From Octopus vulgaris (Eukaryota): a stretch of DNA of 64,000 bases. Made by a program: the position numbers and the translations under genes. Below the pieces are notes generated by a model. The model searched no databases and had not been told where the DNA came from. It worked only from the letters and a program-made list of their open reading frames with translations. Shown piece by piece: positions 37,878 to 52,369 of the stretch (its first letter is position 1; each line of letters starts with the position of its first letter). Location: the NCBI GenBank assembly GCA_951406725.2, contig OX597818.1:46252001-46316000 (forward strand). Direction: 5' to 3'.

Positions 37878-40800
37878 TTTTCCCTTTTTAGTTTTATTTT
37901 GCAGATAGCTGCCTTCATTATTACACACACACACCACACACACACACAGACACACGCAAAGAGAGAAAGATTCAACATGACATTGAACGTTGGTGGTTTG
38001 TGATCAGATCCTACTTGAAGAATTTTATATATGTAATTCATATTAAAGAAGGAATTGTCAATGTTAGAGCAAATTAATGTCCCTGTCTTCCTTACACAAA
38101 CAGTTAATTAATTTAGATCATTATGTTTATTTGTTACAACTCAAATGTTTGCATTTGGTCTGCAAACTTTGCACTTTTTGCAGTCTTTGTACCATTCCTG
38201 TGCATACTTTGAATCCACTTTGTGATGGAGTGGAATCAATAGAATTTATGTCTGTATTTCTGTATGTGTGTATGCCTGTCAAACAGTCTGTCTGTGTATG
38301 TATGTATGCATGTATTTAATGTGAGCAGGAGTCTATAAAAATAAGGATAAACTATAAAAATAAATACAATTTTGTTCTCTAGTTTCTCCTGCTTTGATTA
38401 CAATCCATCATTTATAAGCAAATCTTTTTTGGGTTTTTTTTTTCTTTTTAAGTTACCTTTACTCTGTCAACAAAATTTACTTTTAAGAATTACAATGAAC
38501 CAAGGTTTATAGCTATTCTCATTCAAATTGCAGTAATGATATTACAAATTCTTGGTTGTGTGACAGTAAATATCTTAATTTTTATTTTGAAGATAAGGCC
38601 TAATTAATTTAACATATAGTTAGTTACTATGATGAAGACGTGTGTCTGTGTCTATGTCTGTGTGTGTCCAACCCATACTAGCATGGAAAATGGATGTTAA
38701 ATGATGATAATAATGATATTTTTTTTATTAACTTCAAAGTATCAATTCTAAAGCGTACTTTGTTTAATGGTTGTAACACATTGATATGTGTAAGAGTCTT
38801 TCAATTTAATTTGATTATTGTCCTCTGACAAACTCTGCTAATACAAGGTCCAATATTACCTCTTTCACAGTTCTGCTGCAAAGTTGTAGATTGCCTTAAT
38901 TCATCATGTGGTGTTAATCAGAGATTATATGAAAATTCTCTTTTGAATTAGCTTTTAATTCAAAATGCCTATTGAAAACCTCAATGAGGTTTTTAAGCAA
39001 GTTATTTTCCTTTAGTGGATTTTTTTTTTAACATTTGAAAATGCATTTTATTTATTGTTTAGATCAAACTTCAATATATTTCTGGTGATATGATTATTTT
39101 GTGATACTGTACAATAGTGAGAAATGGACATTGAAAGTAGATCTGTAAAGCCTGGTGAGAAATGTGGGTGGGCAGGATGTGTTGGGTGTGTGAAGCATGA
39201 AAGCCAGAATGCAAGAGGACATTAAAGGCATCAGCCAATGTATGAAGGAGAGAAGACTGGATTGGTATGGAGATTGAAGGCATAGGCATAGCTGTATGAA
39301 TAAAAAGTTTGCTTCACACTCATGGTTTTGTGTATAACCACATTGCATAATGTCTTAGGCAAGGGTCTTCTATTGGCTCAGGTTGACATTTGAGTGAAAT
39401 CCTGTAGATGGAAACTGTACTAAAGTTCATTATATACTTGTATGTATATATTTGTGTGAGTGCTTGTAAGTATATATATATGTCTATATATATATATGCA
39501 TATATGTGTCAATATATGTATAAATGTGTGTTTGTTTCTGTTTGCATTAACATTGTTTACATCAGTTTATCTACTGCATAAACAATGTTCCACAGTTTAG
39601 CAGTTCATTGTATGAGACCAATGGAATGAAGTACCTTTTTATTTGCATCAGGAAGGGTGCCTGGCCTTAGAATACTGCCTCAAGGAGTCCAACTCATTCC
39701 TGCATAGAAAAAGCAATTGTAAAAATGATGATGATGTGATAAGAATGGGCCTAATAAGTGCTGGGTATATCATCAATGAAGGGTCTTTGTAACAGGAGTC
39801 TAGGGAAGACATGAAGTAGTGAGGGTCAGATATCAGAATCCCGTCAACAGAAGATGTAATGTATTCATCTAACCCATGCCAGCATGGGACAATAGATATT
39901 AAAATGATGATGATTGTTAATTTTTTTACATGTTGAAAACTGCTGTTAGACATTTTCTAGAAGCAATCAAGATATTACGTCAAAGTTATTAAATTTGTAG
40001 TTATATGTTGTTATTTAAAAGATATGTTATTTGCAGATATGATTAGAAATCCCAGCATTGCTATGGCCCATAGACTGGGACCAATAAGAGAGTATAAATA
40101 AAAGCTAAAACGTAAATACGCAAAGTTTATTATTTATTTATTTCCATATCTAGAAATCATGTTAAATTAAATAAATAAATTATAAATATTCTTTTAAAAT
40201 ATGTCAAAAACTTTCCGGTGTTTGAGATATACATACAGCATTTACTTTAGTATGTTGGGAGCAAAATGTTGCTCTAGTGTTGCTGTGATGAAAATAATAA
40301 CTACCGTATGTATTTTTAAACATTGAGATTAAAAAAATAACGGTGCCTTTCTATTCTCGAATTTGCTGAGTTGTTTAGGTCTTTTGTTGTATATTATTGT
40401 AACTTTGCTATTTTATTCTACCTCCCTGAGTGATAGTTGCTAAATTGCCTTTGTTTCTTTTTAACATTCTTGAGTAAATGTTGAGACTTGTAATGCTGAA
40501 TGATAAAAGTAATGATGAACTACATATTCTAGATAATAAGAAAATCTATTGTCTTTCCATATAAATATTCTGCCTAATTTTCTTTGTATTGTGTACGTTA
40601 CAAAGTTTAAAAATAGTGAAGAAAATAATAATGTGAATGTAAAATAACTTCCAGATTGCCAAAGAATATTAAAAACTACGTTATAGCAAATTTGAATTAC
40701 TTAAACAATTCAAAAAGTGTATCAAAACATGTTGTCAGATGTGCCATATTTTTTAAATGTGATTTGAACTTATACATGAAAATTAATTTGATTTTCCTAT

Positions 40801-41574
40801 ATGTAGATTATTTTAAATTTTTATTTTCTTGCTTAAATTCCTTACCACAGATGACTTCGTGATATCTTTTTATTATCTCCCTTGAATTTTACGCCTCCCC
40901 CCCCCTCCTTTTTTTAAATATATAAAATAATTTTCAAATCTTATTAGCAGAATTGTTTTCTGTGTTTTAAAATTTTATCTTATGTATCTTATCTTCCTGT
41001 AATCTGTATGTGAAAAACTGGGGATTGTTTTTATCATGAAAAATTATTCAGTGAAGTTCATGTTGGCTGAAGAAGAGGAATCAAAAGGTTTTAGGTTCTT
41101 TCATTTGTGAAAGAGAAATATTTCTTCTGTTTAAAAAAATTTTTTTTTTTTTTTGTTCTGAGTTGAAGGATGTTCAGGAGACCCCATAATCGCCTTCTTC
41201 CCACCAGATACAAACTTATTCAGATTCACGCCCCCACCAAATCAGACTCATTATCCCACAGCATTTTATTTTTAATTAATTTAAATTTTGATGTTGTCTT
41301 CCCTGCCTTTCTTGACCAGAGTTTATAATTATACTTGATTTTTTAAAAAATCAGTACAGGTATAATTGTAATCAAATTTAATTATTATGCATGTTAGTGA
41401 ACAGAATTTGAGCACTTGAAACAAGGGAGCCAACTCTTCGTGACTTATTGGTACCTTCCTAAAGCAAGAATTTTATTCTGATAGATTTGCTGTATTATCG
41501 GTAAAAATCAGATAATATATATATATATATATATACACATACATACACACACACAGTCAATTCAAATAATATAA

Positions 41575-42115
41575 ATAACGTTGGTATAATTATACATATT
41601 CCTACCAACTTTGTTTCTTCATAACTTTCTGAAAAATTTATGTTTTAATAAAATTTTCACCTAAAATGTTTCAGTAGGCGTGGATTATGATTATGTCAGA
41701 ATTTGATGCACAAAAACCTAGGTGGAGGAAGTAATGTGGAGGCGGATAATTCATACATTTTATCAAAACATGATGAGGAAACAAAGTTGAGATGTGGGAA
41801 TTATTCATCCCTCACCCCAGTTTTTTTTCTGTTTTCATATCAAATTCTGAAATAATTGTAATCATCTGCATTTAATCAAAAGAATATCTATTTTTCAGAA
41901 AGTTATCAAGAAACAAACTGAAGTAGTGCAAATTATCTAAAACTCCTCTCTTTTACCCTGAAGAAATTTTACACAATAAATTCCAATATAACTTAATCTA
42001 TACCATCAAAATGTATCGCAGGAAAATTTCATTTAAATAATATACCATTTTTTATGAAAGTTAGACAGAAACAAAGGGTGGTAGAGGTATATATCTGTAG
42101 TTATGTCATAACTTT
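41575..42115. mobile_element. Old MITE-like element with nested inverted repeats
   Basis: TTTGTTTCTTCATAACTTTCTGAAAAAT is inverted at ~41890-41918 and again, more diverged, at ~42048-42076. Confidence 0.45.
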
Positions 42116-45100
42116 AGCTTATTTCCTTATAATCATCAATCAGCGCCAATGAACATCTCTGTCTTTTGTGAGTCTTCCGGTGCTTAATGCATTTAAATCT
42201 TTAACATGCAAATACGCTTAAAATATAATTTGGCGTTAAAAGCCTTTTGAATAACTGAAGCTATTTTATTTGGGAATCTTATTTATATATGCATGTGTGC
42301 TCATGTGTATGCACGTGTGTATAAGCGCATGATTATCTGTAAGAATTTTGTTTGCATATATGTATGTGTCTGTGTTTGTGTGCATATATTTATATATATG
42401 TGTGTGTATATATATATATATATAAAACTAAGTGTGTGCATATAATTATAAAATTACATATCCCCAAAGCATACATACATACACAAACATACATATATGA
42501 AAATCTGTTTTGGAATTGGCTTTAATGAATAAATGAGGGAGAAGACTAAATGGAAATTGCTCCTTGTTTTACAAGGTGTCCAATATGACCTGGAGATGTT
42601 GTCTTCTTGATGTGCTTTAGAAATGAAAATTATAGTTTGTAGTTCTATAACAATATGAGCAGCACTCTAACTTGGGCTGTACTTGAGTTTGTGAGTTAGC
42701 AACTGATACGGGCAAAAATTGCTATTATTCCCAGTCTCAGTTCTCATTAAGTAGACATATAATTAATATTACAGCCTTTATCATCCCATCTTTTCAAGGG
42801 TACATTATTCAGTGTGTCTTTATTTAATTTTTTTATTTTTTGTAAGAGGTGATTTTGTGATGGTGTGTAACTTAGTGCTTGAGGCATTGCATTCAGAGTC
42901 ACAAGACAGTGGTTTCAAGATAGTGATTTGTTGTGTTCTTGAGCAAAACACTTCATTTCATGTTGCTCCAGTCCACTCAGCTGTGAATGAGTAACCTGTG
43001 GCAGACTGGTGTTTCCCTGAATGGAACACCAGGGAAATATTGTGATCTCGATCACTTAAACACCATGGAAATCAGATATCAGACACCATGAATCTTAGGA
43101 CTTGAGACAATAATGTCTATAGGCTGATGCTGACAACATTATTTGATGGAGATTTAGCTACTATATCTAGCAGGGTGATTGTAAAGGTTTCTTCTGCTTT
43201 GGCTCATATTTGCTGAAATATTTTTTGGAACTAACATTGTACTATTACAAGGAAGAGGAAACCAAGCATTTTGGATGCAGTTATGACAGTGATATAAATT
43301 TGTAGTTGCAGTAAGGGAACCTTAGCGTTTGTGTTAGAACTTTTAGCTTCTTTGTTATGTATAATGATTGTGATGGAAGGGACTATAATGTCATGTCCCT
43401 TTTGGGAGGATCCTTTTGAAATCTCTATTGGTGGAAACACTGAAAATGTAGCATGGGGGCGTCTACTGGTACTACTGGCATTTTGTCAGTTACAGCAATG
43501 AGAGTTCCACTTGAACCAATCAACCTGCTCATGAAACTAATGTGCAAGTGACTGAGCATTCCACAGACATGTATACCCTTAATGTAATTCTCAGGTAGAT
43601 TCAGTGTGACACAGTAACAAAGCTGGCCCTTTGAAATACAGGTGCAATTCATTTTTGCCAGCTGAGTGGACTGGAGTAACATGAAATAAAGTGCCTTGCT
43701 TAGGACACAATGTGCTGCCGGGAGTCAAACTCATGACCTTATGATTGTGAGCCAAATACCCTTACCACTAAGGCGTGTGCCTTCATGATGGGGTGTCCAG
43801 GTTACATATGGATAATCCCCCAAATGTTTGCTGTATGTGCTGAGAAGGGAAGAGTAATATTAATTTGAATAGGAGTAGGTTAGGGTTAGAAGTAACAAGG
43901 AGAAAGTCGTTTATGTGTGGAAGGAAATGCATGAAGATATAATGTAACCCCAAGCTACTCCAGAGTTGATAAAACACATGTTGGAGAGTTCTTTATAAAC
44001 ACAGTGATGGAGCAGACTGACAGCAAACTTGCAATCCAGGACATTAGAGGTGGACGACTTAGCTAGGAAGTTTTCATGTCAAGAGCCATACCATTGATTA
44101 TTTTATCTAAGTTTGCTGTTGTATGATATATAAGAAAGAATCTCTGATAGAGACTTGGGAACAACCATTAAATTCTCTGAATGAAAATGTAATGGTAGTT
44201 ATCAAGAAGAGGAAGAGACCGGAAGAAATAAACAAGTTAGTAGTTGAAGACTGCTTCCATAACCTCTGAAACTTTGGGGTTAAGGAGTTGGTGATAGGAC
44301 TGTGGTGTGCAGAATCAGAAATGTTTTTCGTAGAGGGGAAAGACTTAGGATTTTGGCAAAGACAGGAACAAGACATGGAATCGCCATGTGGAGAGACTGG
44401 AAGGATCACTGCCAAAAATGGTTGATTAAAGTTTGAATGACTGTAGAAGTTTGGCTTCATTACATTTAACATTCTTCTCTTTTGAAGAGAAACTTGCGAA
44501 CTGAATTTAATAGTACAATATTAGTATAATGTTTACAAAGCTAACTTATTGTTGGTATAGGTAACTTAGCTTGTTGCTATACAATTCCTACCATACTTTT
44601 TATTCATCTTCAACTATAAATTTTTATCTCTTAGAAGTAATGACCATCTCTAGCCTTAAAAATGACCATTTTTAATTGTTATTATCATGTTTATGTATCT
44701 CTTATCTGGTATCTGTCTCCTACTGATAACTCTATTTATGAATGCCACAACTGTTGATGTATTTTCTTCTCCATCTTCAATGTTTCAAGTATCTTTTTCT
44801 AAGATACTTGACTCTTTCATAGTAATGATTTTATTTCATTGAGTCTTGATTTCTTTTCTAAAATGCTCCAAGTATATATTTCTTTTATACAGCAAAGCTT
44901 AATTTAATTTGCATGAAAAGTCCTTTATGCAATATTGTCAAAATGTTTTGAAAACTTGTGTGTCCAAATTTCTTTTCTAATTACTGTTTCCGTCCAATTT
45001 CCTATAGTATAAAAACGCTACAGCTCTGCTGGCTTGTGAATTATGTCCTCTATTTCTATGTGTATTATTATATTATTTCTTACTATATCATTTCTTTAAA

Positions 45101-47727
45101 AAAATTTTTTATTAATAATTTTGAAATGATTATACTTCCTACTTTTATAACTTCTACTTTGAAATCATACTGCCACCTGCTTCTATCTATTGTTCTCCTA
45201 AAATATTATTTAAAAATAACTGCAAAGTTATTTTTTCATTTGTCATTTATTTCAAAAATTTTCATTGTGTGTTCTCTATTCATGGAGAATCTATTTGTAT
45301 ATTTTTCTTTCTTTTGTCATCTTTTTATCTCCTATTACAGAACTTCTTTTCTGCTATTTGTGTTCTCTTTTTCAAGATAAATTGTTTTCCAATTTCTTTT
45401 TGCAAAGAGCAATTCTGAATTTTATCTTTAGGATATTTTAGTATTCCTCTCAACTGTGTACCTATTGGTTGGTTGAAATGGCTAGCACTTAAATATGTAT
45501 CCTTCATATTCTGTGTGAAAAAGAAAATCTCTCATTATAAAGTGACTGCAAAAATTAAATGGAAACTTGGAGAGGACATTAATAGAAAATATTGCTGCAA
45601 ATGTGACAAAAGTGAACCCAAAGACCCAGTCTTCAGTATGTTTGGGTGCTAATAGTAAAATTTATAACTGCAGAAATTTATAAAGCTTACGAAGCATAAG
45701 TGCTCTTGACTAGCTAGCAGTTGTTGAACTGAGAACTATATAATACCAGACTTTACACACTCACAGCATACACACGTTTGTGGATGTGTTAATTTATGTG
45801 TCAAATAAACAGAAATTACATTCCTGTATCATGGTTTCATTCAATCAGCCCTTTAATTTGCTGTACATATCAATAGATATAGACTGACTGTCAGCTATGT
45901 GAGAACTTTGAAATGTTGTATATTGTTGGAGTCTGTGGATATCTTTCAGGTGTCGGAGTGGTGCTCGTTGAAATTTGCAAGAAAGAATATGTCAGCATCA
46001 AAATAGCTAATATTTTTTGTTATTGAAAATTGCAGTAGGGGTGCGCATGATGTGAAATTTCTCAGCAAGACAGATGCTGCAGTACTTTGAAAAAATTTTT
46101 TAAATGCCTATGCCATATGTAACACTACCAATCTCATGCTGATGGTTTTTGTTTTATCTTAATGTCTAAATATACTTTAAAAGTGATATGAAGATTTCCA
46201 ATAATGATAGAATGATGTTTTGCTGGTTCAGGCAACTTCGGTAAGCAATATAAAAAGGAGTCATTGCTATGGTACCAAATGCGTTTGTCTGGGTATTAAG
46301 AGGGTAACTCTCTTGTTTCAATAATTGCATATTGGTCCTTTTCTTTCTAAGCTTATTTGCAATGTCTTTGTATTGTGACTGTTAAAGGTGCCATATATAT
46401 TTTGCATACAGCTGTAGATCACCTTATTTTATTTTTCTTGAAAAGCTGGCAGAATTTATGACCACTTGGAAAATGCTTTCCGGTTAAAAAAAGATACGTT
46501 TTGAAAACAGGCATTGAGCAAAAGAATCCAATAGGCAATTACTGAAATATAGAGCGTTTTCCTGCCCAAATGTTGGCATCTAATCTTTGAGTCCAGTTGT
46601 TGCATAAGTTCATGAAGGATTGTGCAGAGCAGGAAATCCAAATACTTTTTTAAAGAGCACGCGTACACACACAAACGCATGCGCACACATGCCCGCTTTC
46701 TTTTCTGGCATGTGCTGGAGGAGAGTGGACATTCTGAAATCCCACCTTTCTAGATGACAGAAGAGAATAAAAGTATGGTGATAAAAATAGTATAATTGGA
46801 GGTGATGAGGTGGTAGAGGAAAAGAGAGACTAATGGATAGTAATAAAAATAGAAAACGGTAAAAGCGAGTGATGGGTGTCAGTAATGGGTGATCTGAGTT
46901 GAGGGGATGATGACTGTCTTTATTCTTTTATATTCAGATTTCGTGATGAAGGAAAGCGGTAGGGACATTGCAGTCCCTCGTTACACTGGCGGTTTGTTAT
47001 AATGGATGGGTGAGACAACTGCCTCAATGACTAAAAAATAGGCTGAGTGGAAAGAATGAGATGAGAGAATTTCAGAAGGCTGGAGAAGCAGCAGATATAA
47101 ATTTAACAATGACATTTGGTGAAAGACCAAAATGTAGATACATTATACTACCATCAATACCACCATTTTAATGTTTGTTTTGCTTTGATTTAAAGTAACT
47201 TGCATATTGCTAATCCTCGTGCTCAGATCTTTCCTCTCTCCACTGTGAAACTCAGTGTTCTGAAATCAGTTGTCACCACTTCACCCCATGTCTTCCTAAG
47301 TTACACCTACTTTGATCAACCTGCACTATTTTATGCAAATGACATTCTCCATATGTATCACATGCCCCTAACAGCGCAGTCTTTTTACTTTGCACACAAC
47401 ACCTGAGCACCTGAGTCCTTGTGTATCAAGTTTTTCTCTCTATTCATTTGCGTTGCGCCGTTCATGCTCACTAACATTGCACACCCAGTAGTGTATGCTC
47501 ACTTCATTTCTTACAAGTGTTCACAAATCCTTTGCAATCAAGGCCTATGTCACACTGTCATTCAGCATCGCCATCGTACACAGGTATCATACAATCTGCT
47601 CTTAACTTGGAGAAATACTTTGTTGCTAGCAGAGGTAATTGTTCATAAAATTTTCCACTGCTTATTAGATTAGTTAATGAACAAAATCTATGAACGAATC
47701 TAGGCACGATGATTTGTTTATTCTTAA

Positions 47728-48419
47728 CTAGCTGCCATACCTGGTAATTCCCGGGAAAGCGGGGCTTAACCCTTGGTTCTGTTTTCATAATTATTTCGCT
47801 AATCCAATAACATCAATACAAAGTATGTAGCCCTTAAAACGGTTTTTGCGCATTTACAGAAAATACCGAACTGTCTTACTCAGGATCTTGTTTTTAGGAA
47901 TTGCCAATAAGTTGTGAATACCCAAATTGTGATGTCAGTTATGTAATAACAGGAAATTAGTTACCCGATAGTGAGAATTCAAATAAAGTAGCCCCGAAAA
48001 GGGCTTTAATGCATTCCCAGTGTATATAGCACTTAGGAAGAAATACTAATTAGGTATGTATACTAAAATCGTGAAGTATGTTACGTAATAACAGGCTAAT
48101 CAGATATGAGATAATAATAAGGGCTTTTGTGCGTTCCCAGCGCTTGTGTTGGTATATTCGTGAATAAGTCTCTAACTGAAATACATGGATCTATTGTTTA
48201 GGAAAATGAATGGGTTATTTCCCTTGGTTGTTAAAATGAAATATATTAGATTATATAAGGATCCCTTCCAGGGGCCTTATCGATTTTTCAATGAGGTTTC
48301 CAGACATAAGTTCTATTCACGTGTCAGGTTTCATCAAAATCGATGAAACGATGTAGGAAGAGTTAGCTAACAACTCCACAAACACACCCACAGACAGAAT
48401 TTCCCACATATGTAGAAGA
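47728..48419 (-). mobile_element. Non-autonomous Helitron
   Basis: Minus strand A|TC...CTAG|T, subterminal CCTGG..CCGGG hairpin, ACAGACAGA motif near the 5' end; same architecture as 31550-31913. Confidence 0.65.
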
Positions 48420-48779
48420 TACGTTTGGGCAGGTTTAAATGCAAAACATGTTAGTCGCTATTTTGTACGTCGTAAGAGTATGACTTCTCTCTTTTATGAC
48501 GACAGTATGTTCAACACAGTCGGCTCAACGGCACACAGGATTCTGGAACACTGGTATTTCAGCATGAGTTTCGTCAGCAAGCAGTACCCGGAATATTTAC
48601 CTAAGTTACATCAACTTTAGCTGATGCAACACAACATGTCGAAACGGTGTCTCAGAATCTTGTGCACTAGTGAACCGAATGTGGCGAACACACTGTCATC
48701 GTAAAAGAGAGAATTTATTCTCCTATGACATACACTACAGCGACAAGCATATTTTGCACCTGAACCTACCTAAATGTAT
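48419..48779. repeat. Diverged inverted repeat, ~160 bp arms
   Basis: TTCTCTCTTTTATGACGACAGTATGTTC pairs with GAACACACTGTCATCGTAAAAGAGAGAA; the outer ends also pair. Confidence 0.85.
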
Positions 48780-50218
48780 TTAGAATAAATATGTTAATGA
48801 TCGTTCTCGTTCTCGATGTATATGGTGCAAAAAACGATTTTTTACTCCCAGGAAATTAGAAGGGTATTTGAGGGAATCTATTTCCGAAAAACTCTTACTG
48901 TTTTACTGTTCCTGCGCACCTTGCTGTATACGAAGCTTTCTATGTTAGCCTATGATTCCAATACATCTCTTGCACGTCCATTGTTATACTGGAAACACTG
49001 TATAGAATTTTTGCCTATTTTTTTCTTTTATATCGATCATATCCATTTTCCTGACGATAGAAGGGTTTCACTTTTTCCTCTACTTACTAAAACTTCCATA
49101 ATTTTATTACAAGTCCTTTTGATTTTAAGTTTTGTTCCACCTCTGGAATTTCTCTAACTCTACTACATGTTCAGTTATAAGAACTAGGTCAACAACATAT
49201 TGGAATTCTTATGGATAGCCTGTCTTAAAATCCTCTGTAAGGATAAATAGAAACGGGGTTGAGAGCTGCACAATAAATTCGTTGTCGTATGCATTTGTAG
49301 TGCTCACTTGGCAGACTGCACCTTTCTACATAGCTTACATGCTTGTCACTAGCCATTAATCTATTCTTAGTTGCCTTCATGATTGTGAGATTCAGTCAAA
49401 GGTCTTCTCTAGGTTTACAATTGCTAGGTATAGCGGCATACTCTTAGCTAAGTATTTATGCAGTGGACTCCCGGTGAAAACCCGAAGTGCATCTCATCTA
49501 AGCTAATTCTCTTTACATCCAATTGTGCCATGACTCTTTTAGTTACTGTCATAACCTGGCCCATCAACTTGATGCTCTGTAATTTTCTCTCTCTGCTATA
49601 TCACCTTTGACCTTGTAGCAGCTGACGATGATAATGTTATGCTAGAGATGGGTACGGTACCTTACTCTGCTACCTGATTAACTATGTACATGAATTGTGC
49701 GTGCTCTACCCCCTTAGATATTTTAATAATCTCACAGACTATTCTTGATGGACTGGTTGCCTTGCTTTCATGCTCTTAATCTCTCTATCAGTCGTAATGT
49801 TGTCAACTTGTACAGTTGATCCTCTGGTCTATATAAAGTAACTCTTCTCATTCTCATACATTTTCCTCACTCGACAGCCCACTTTCATACCACTCTCCTA
49901 TCATCATTCATAACGGCAAATGAATCGCTATCATTCCGTATGTACTTCTCCTCAATGAGGTCCTGATTTTCTATAGCATAGTCTTGTAATTCGAAACCTT
50001 TCAATCCCTTTGATTCTCAGGTTGCATAATATTAGCAAACTCATTCTCTTCTATTTTAGCTGAATGCGAAGCATTAGGTATACTCAGCGACACGAATTCA
50101 ATGAATGTGTAATTAAGATTGCCGAATAACTGGATGCTCATTTGTTGTTCCGGCCTGGATGAGTCCCTCATATATGTGTATATATGTGCGCGTGTGTGTG
50201 CATGCATCTATGTGTGTG

Positions 50219-50269
<51 letters not shown>

Positions 50270-50699
50270 GCCTGTGTGTGTGTGATGTGTGTTTAATAAG
50301 TTTGACACGTGCATATCATTAGATGTTCGGAGTCAGAGTGGAGATAATCTAAAAGAAACTTAAAATGGGTATAGGTGAGAGTATTTAGTCCATTGGTCAG
50401 TACAGATCAAATGGTTGTTTTAACAACATCGATTCTTTTATCGGATTCCCCTCGTGGTAGATCCACACTCTACAGAATGCAGACTAACAGACGCCAGCAT
50501 ACTCTATGCTCTTTAACATGAAGCATCCAATGTAAGATCTGAAGCCGCCGAAACTTCGTACCCTAGAGAATACTGACAACGGCATCTTATCTGCTCTTCC
50601 ATGTGAGGAATTCAGTAAGTCAATATTGTTAAAACAACCGTTTCACCTGAACTGACTAAATATTTTCGCTTAGACCCATTGAATTTTTTTTTAAGTCTC

Positions 50700-51420
50700 A
50701 GCAGTTAAGAACCAATTTGAAGGAGAGCAGTTTGGAGATTGCTCTCATTTGCTGGAAGAATGCAAAGATTCTTTTTTCTCCGATCTGATGACAAAGGATG
50801 AAACACGTCTATATCTTTGTAATCCAGAAACGGATCATGGAAGTACGTTTCTCTTCTCCAAGACCTAAGAAGTTCAAGAGCAAGCAATCGGCATAGTGAA
50901 TCATAGTGACTGAATATTGACATGACAACGGCATCCTTCTCCAGGATTTTCTGGAATTTGGCTGCGTCGTGAGTAGTAAGCTTAGAAGATTCCAGAGCTG
51001 AAAACAACTCACATTCATCATGGCAGTGCGCGACCACACACATCTTTGGTAACAAATCAGGCAATCATCAAACTGGGTTGGTCCTCCATCCACAATACAG
51101 CCCGAATCTCGTACGTTCCGACTTCCACCTGTTCGGTCCAATGAAGGGCAGTCTTCGGGGAATAGCGATTTGATGATACAGACGAGGTCAAAGTGACTGC
51201 AAAGGAATTGGTACAACTTAATTTTTTTGTCAAAGAGAATTCAAGAGTTGGGTTCAACGCTGGTTTCCATCACAAACAAATGCATTGTTTGAGACAGTAA
51301 CTAATGTTGAGTAGCATGTTCGTATAGAAGAAGAGTTACTCTCCCAATATGTGTAATTTGAAGGAGTCAGTTAATAAGACGGTTATGCTCACTTTTGCAT
51401 TATTTTCCGTATGAACTTTA
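50700..51420 (+). mobile_element. Decayed mariner (DD34D-type) transposase, 3' part
   Basis: Plus strand LMTKDETR (~IVTGDETW), HHGSARPH (~HHDNARPH) and HPQYSPNLVRSDFHLFGPMKGSLRG (~HPPYSPDLAPSDFHLF). Confidence 0.82.
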
Positions 51421-52369
51421 CACACACACACACACACAAATGCAATGGGCTTCTTTCAGTTGCTATCTACTAAATCCACTCACGAGGCTATAGGTGCTCA
51501 AGGTACCATGCAGTGGGACTGAACCTGGAACCATGTGGTTAGGAAGAAAACTTCATGCGCCTACACAGATACACACACACGTTTACTTCATTTTGTGAAT
51601 TTATCTCAGCAGAGAAATGTGCTTCTACTCGCTCCCTCACTTTTTGTCAATCTCGTGAGGTTAGTGCTTTGTGTGTCTAGCGAGTCACTTTTGACTCTCA
51701 TTTCTAGCAATGCTGGTTCTATGTTTGTACCTTTGTTTATTAATTTGCCTTTAGGCTTAAATTGCTAATGGGTCACCTATATTATAATATATTCCATCCA
51801 CCATAGCCAAATTTAAATTAACACTGCAACAGAACTTTTCCCACGGTGGAACAATGGTTTTTCTCTGGTAGCAGTTTTACATTTTCCAGATGCCTTTAGC
51901 TTGGCCGAAATGTCTGCAACACTTGACCCTTTCTAACCTCTTCTACTTCACTAAAAGCTAGAATAGAGATAACAAGACCACCAACTAAATCTATTGTTTT
52001 CAATGATATCTATCCTGGATAGTTATAAAAGCAAGAAGACCCCAAGCCAAAAACAGTCGATGACGACTCAACGAGTCCAGTCACATGGTGAAGACTCAAC
52101 CAGTTAGTCACTTTGGTGACAACGAAGTCTGGCTGACCAGCTAGAACCTTGGTCAGAGGGAGAAATTAAGTTTACTGTCATCAACTGTGAGACAAGACCC
52201 TACAACTCTCACTTGCTCTAATTCTGTTCTCTTACAACGTCATTCTATCGCTATCTGCGGATTACTGCTAACAATTCGTATACTCCAAACTATGCAAAGA
52301 AACATTCTACCGCATCTAACTTTCTTTCGTATGCTCTCGGATGTTATAACCTGCCGGTCAAGGCAAGGT

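Noticed and set aside
44958-45380. 140 aa hydrophobic ORF resembling a membrane or mitochondrial protein
   Set aside because: Low-complexity T-rich sequence with no recognisable motif; a NUMT is not supported by eye.
50705-51257. Three minus-strand ORFs up to 135 aa
   Set aside because: Antisense to a decayed plus-strand mariner transposase.
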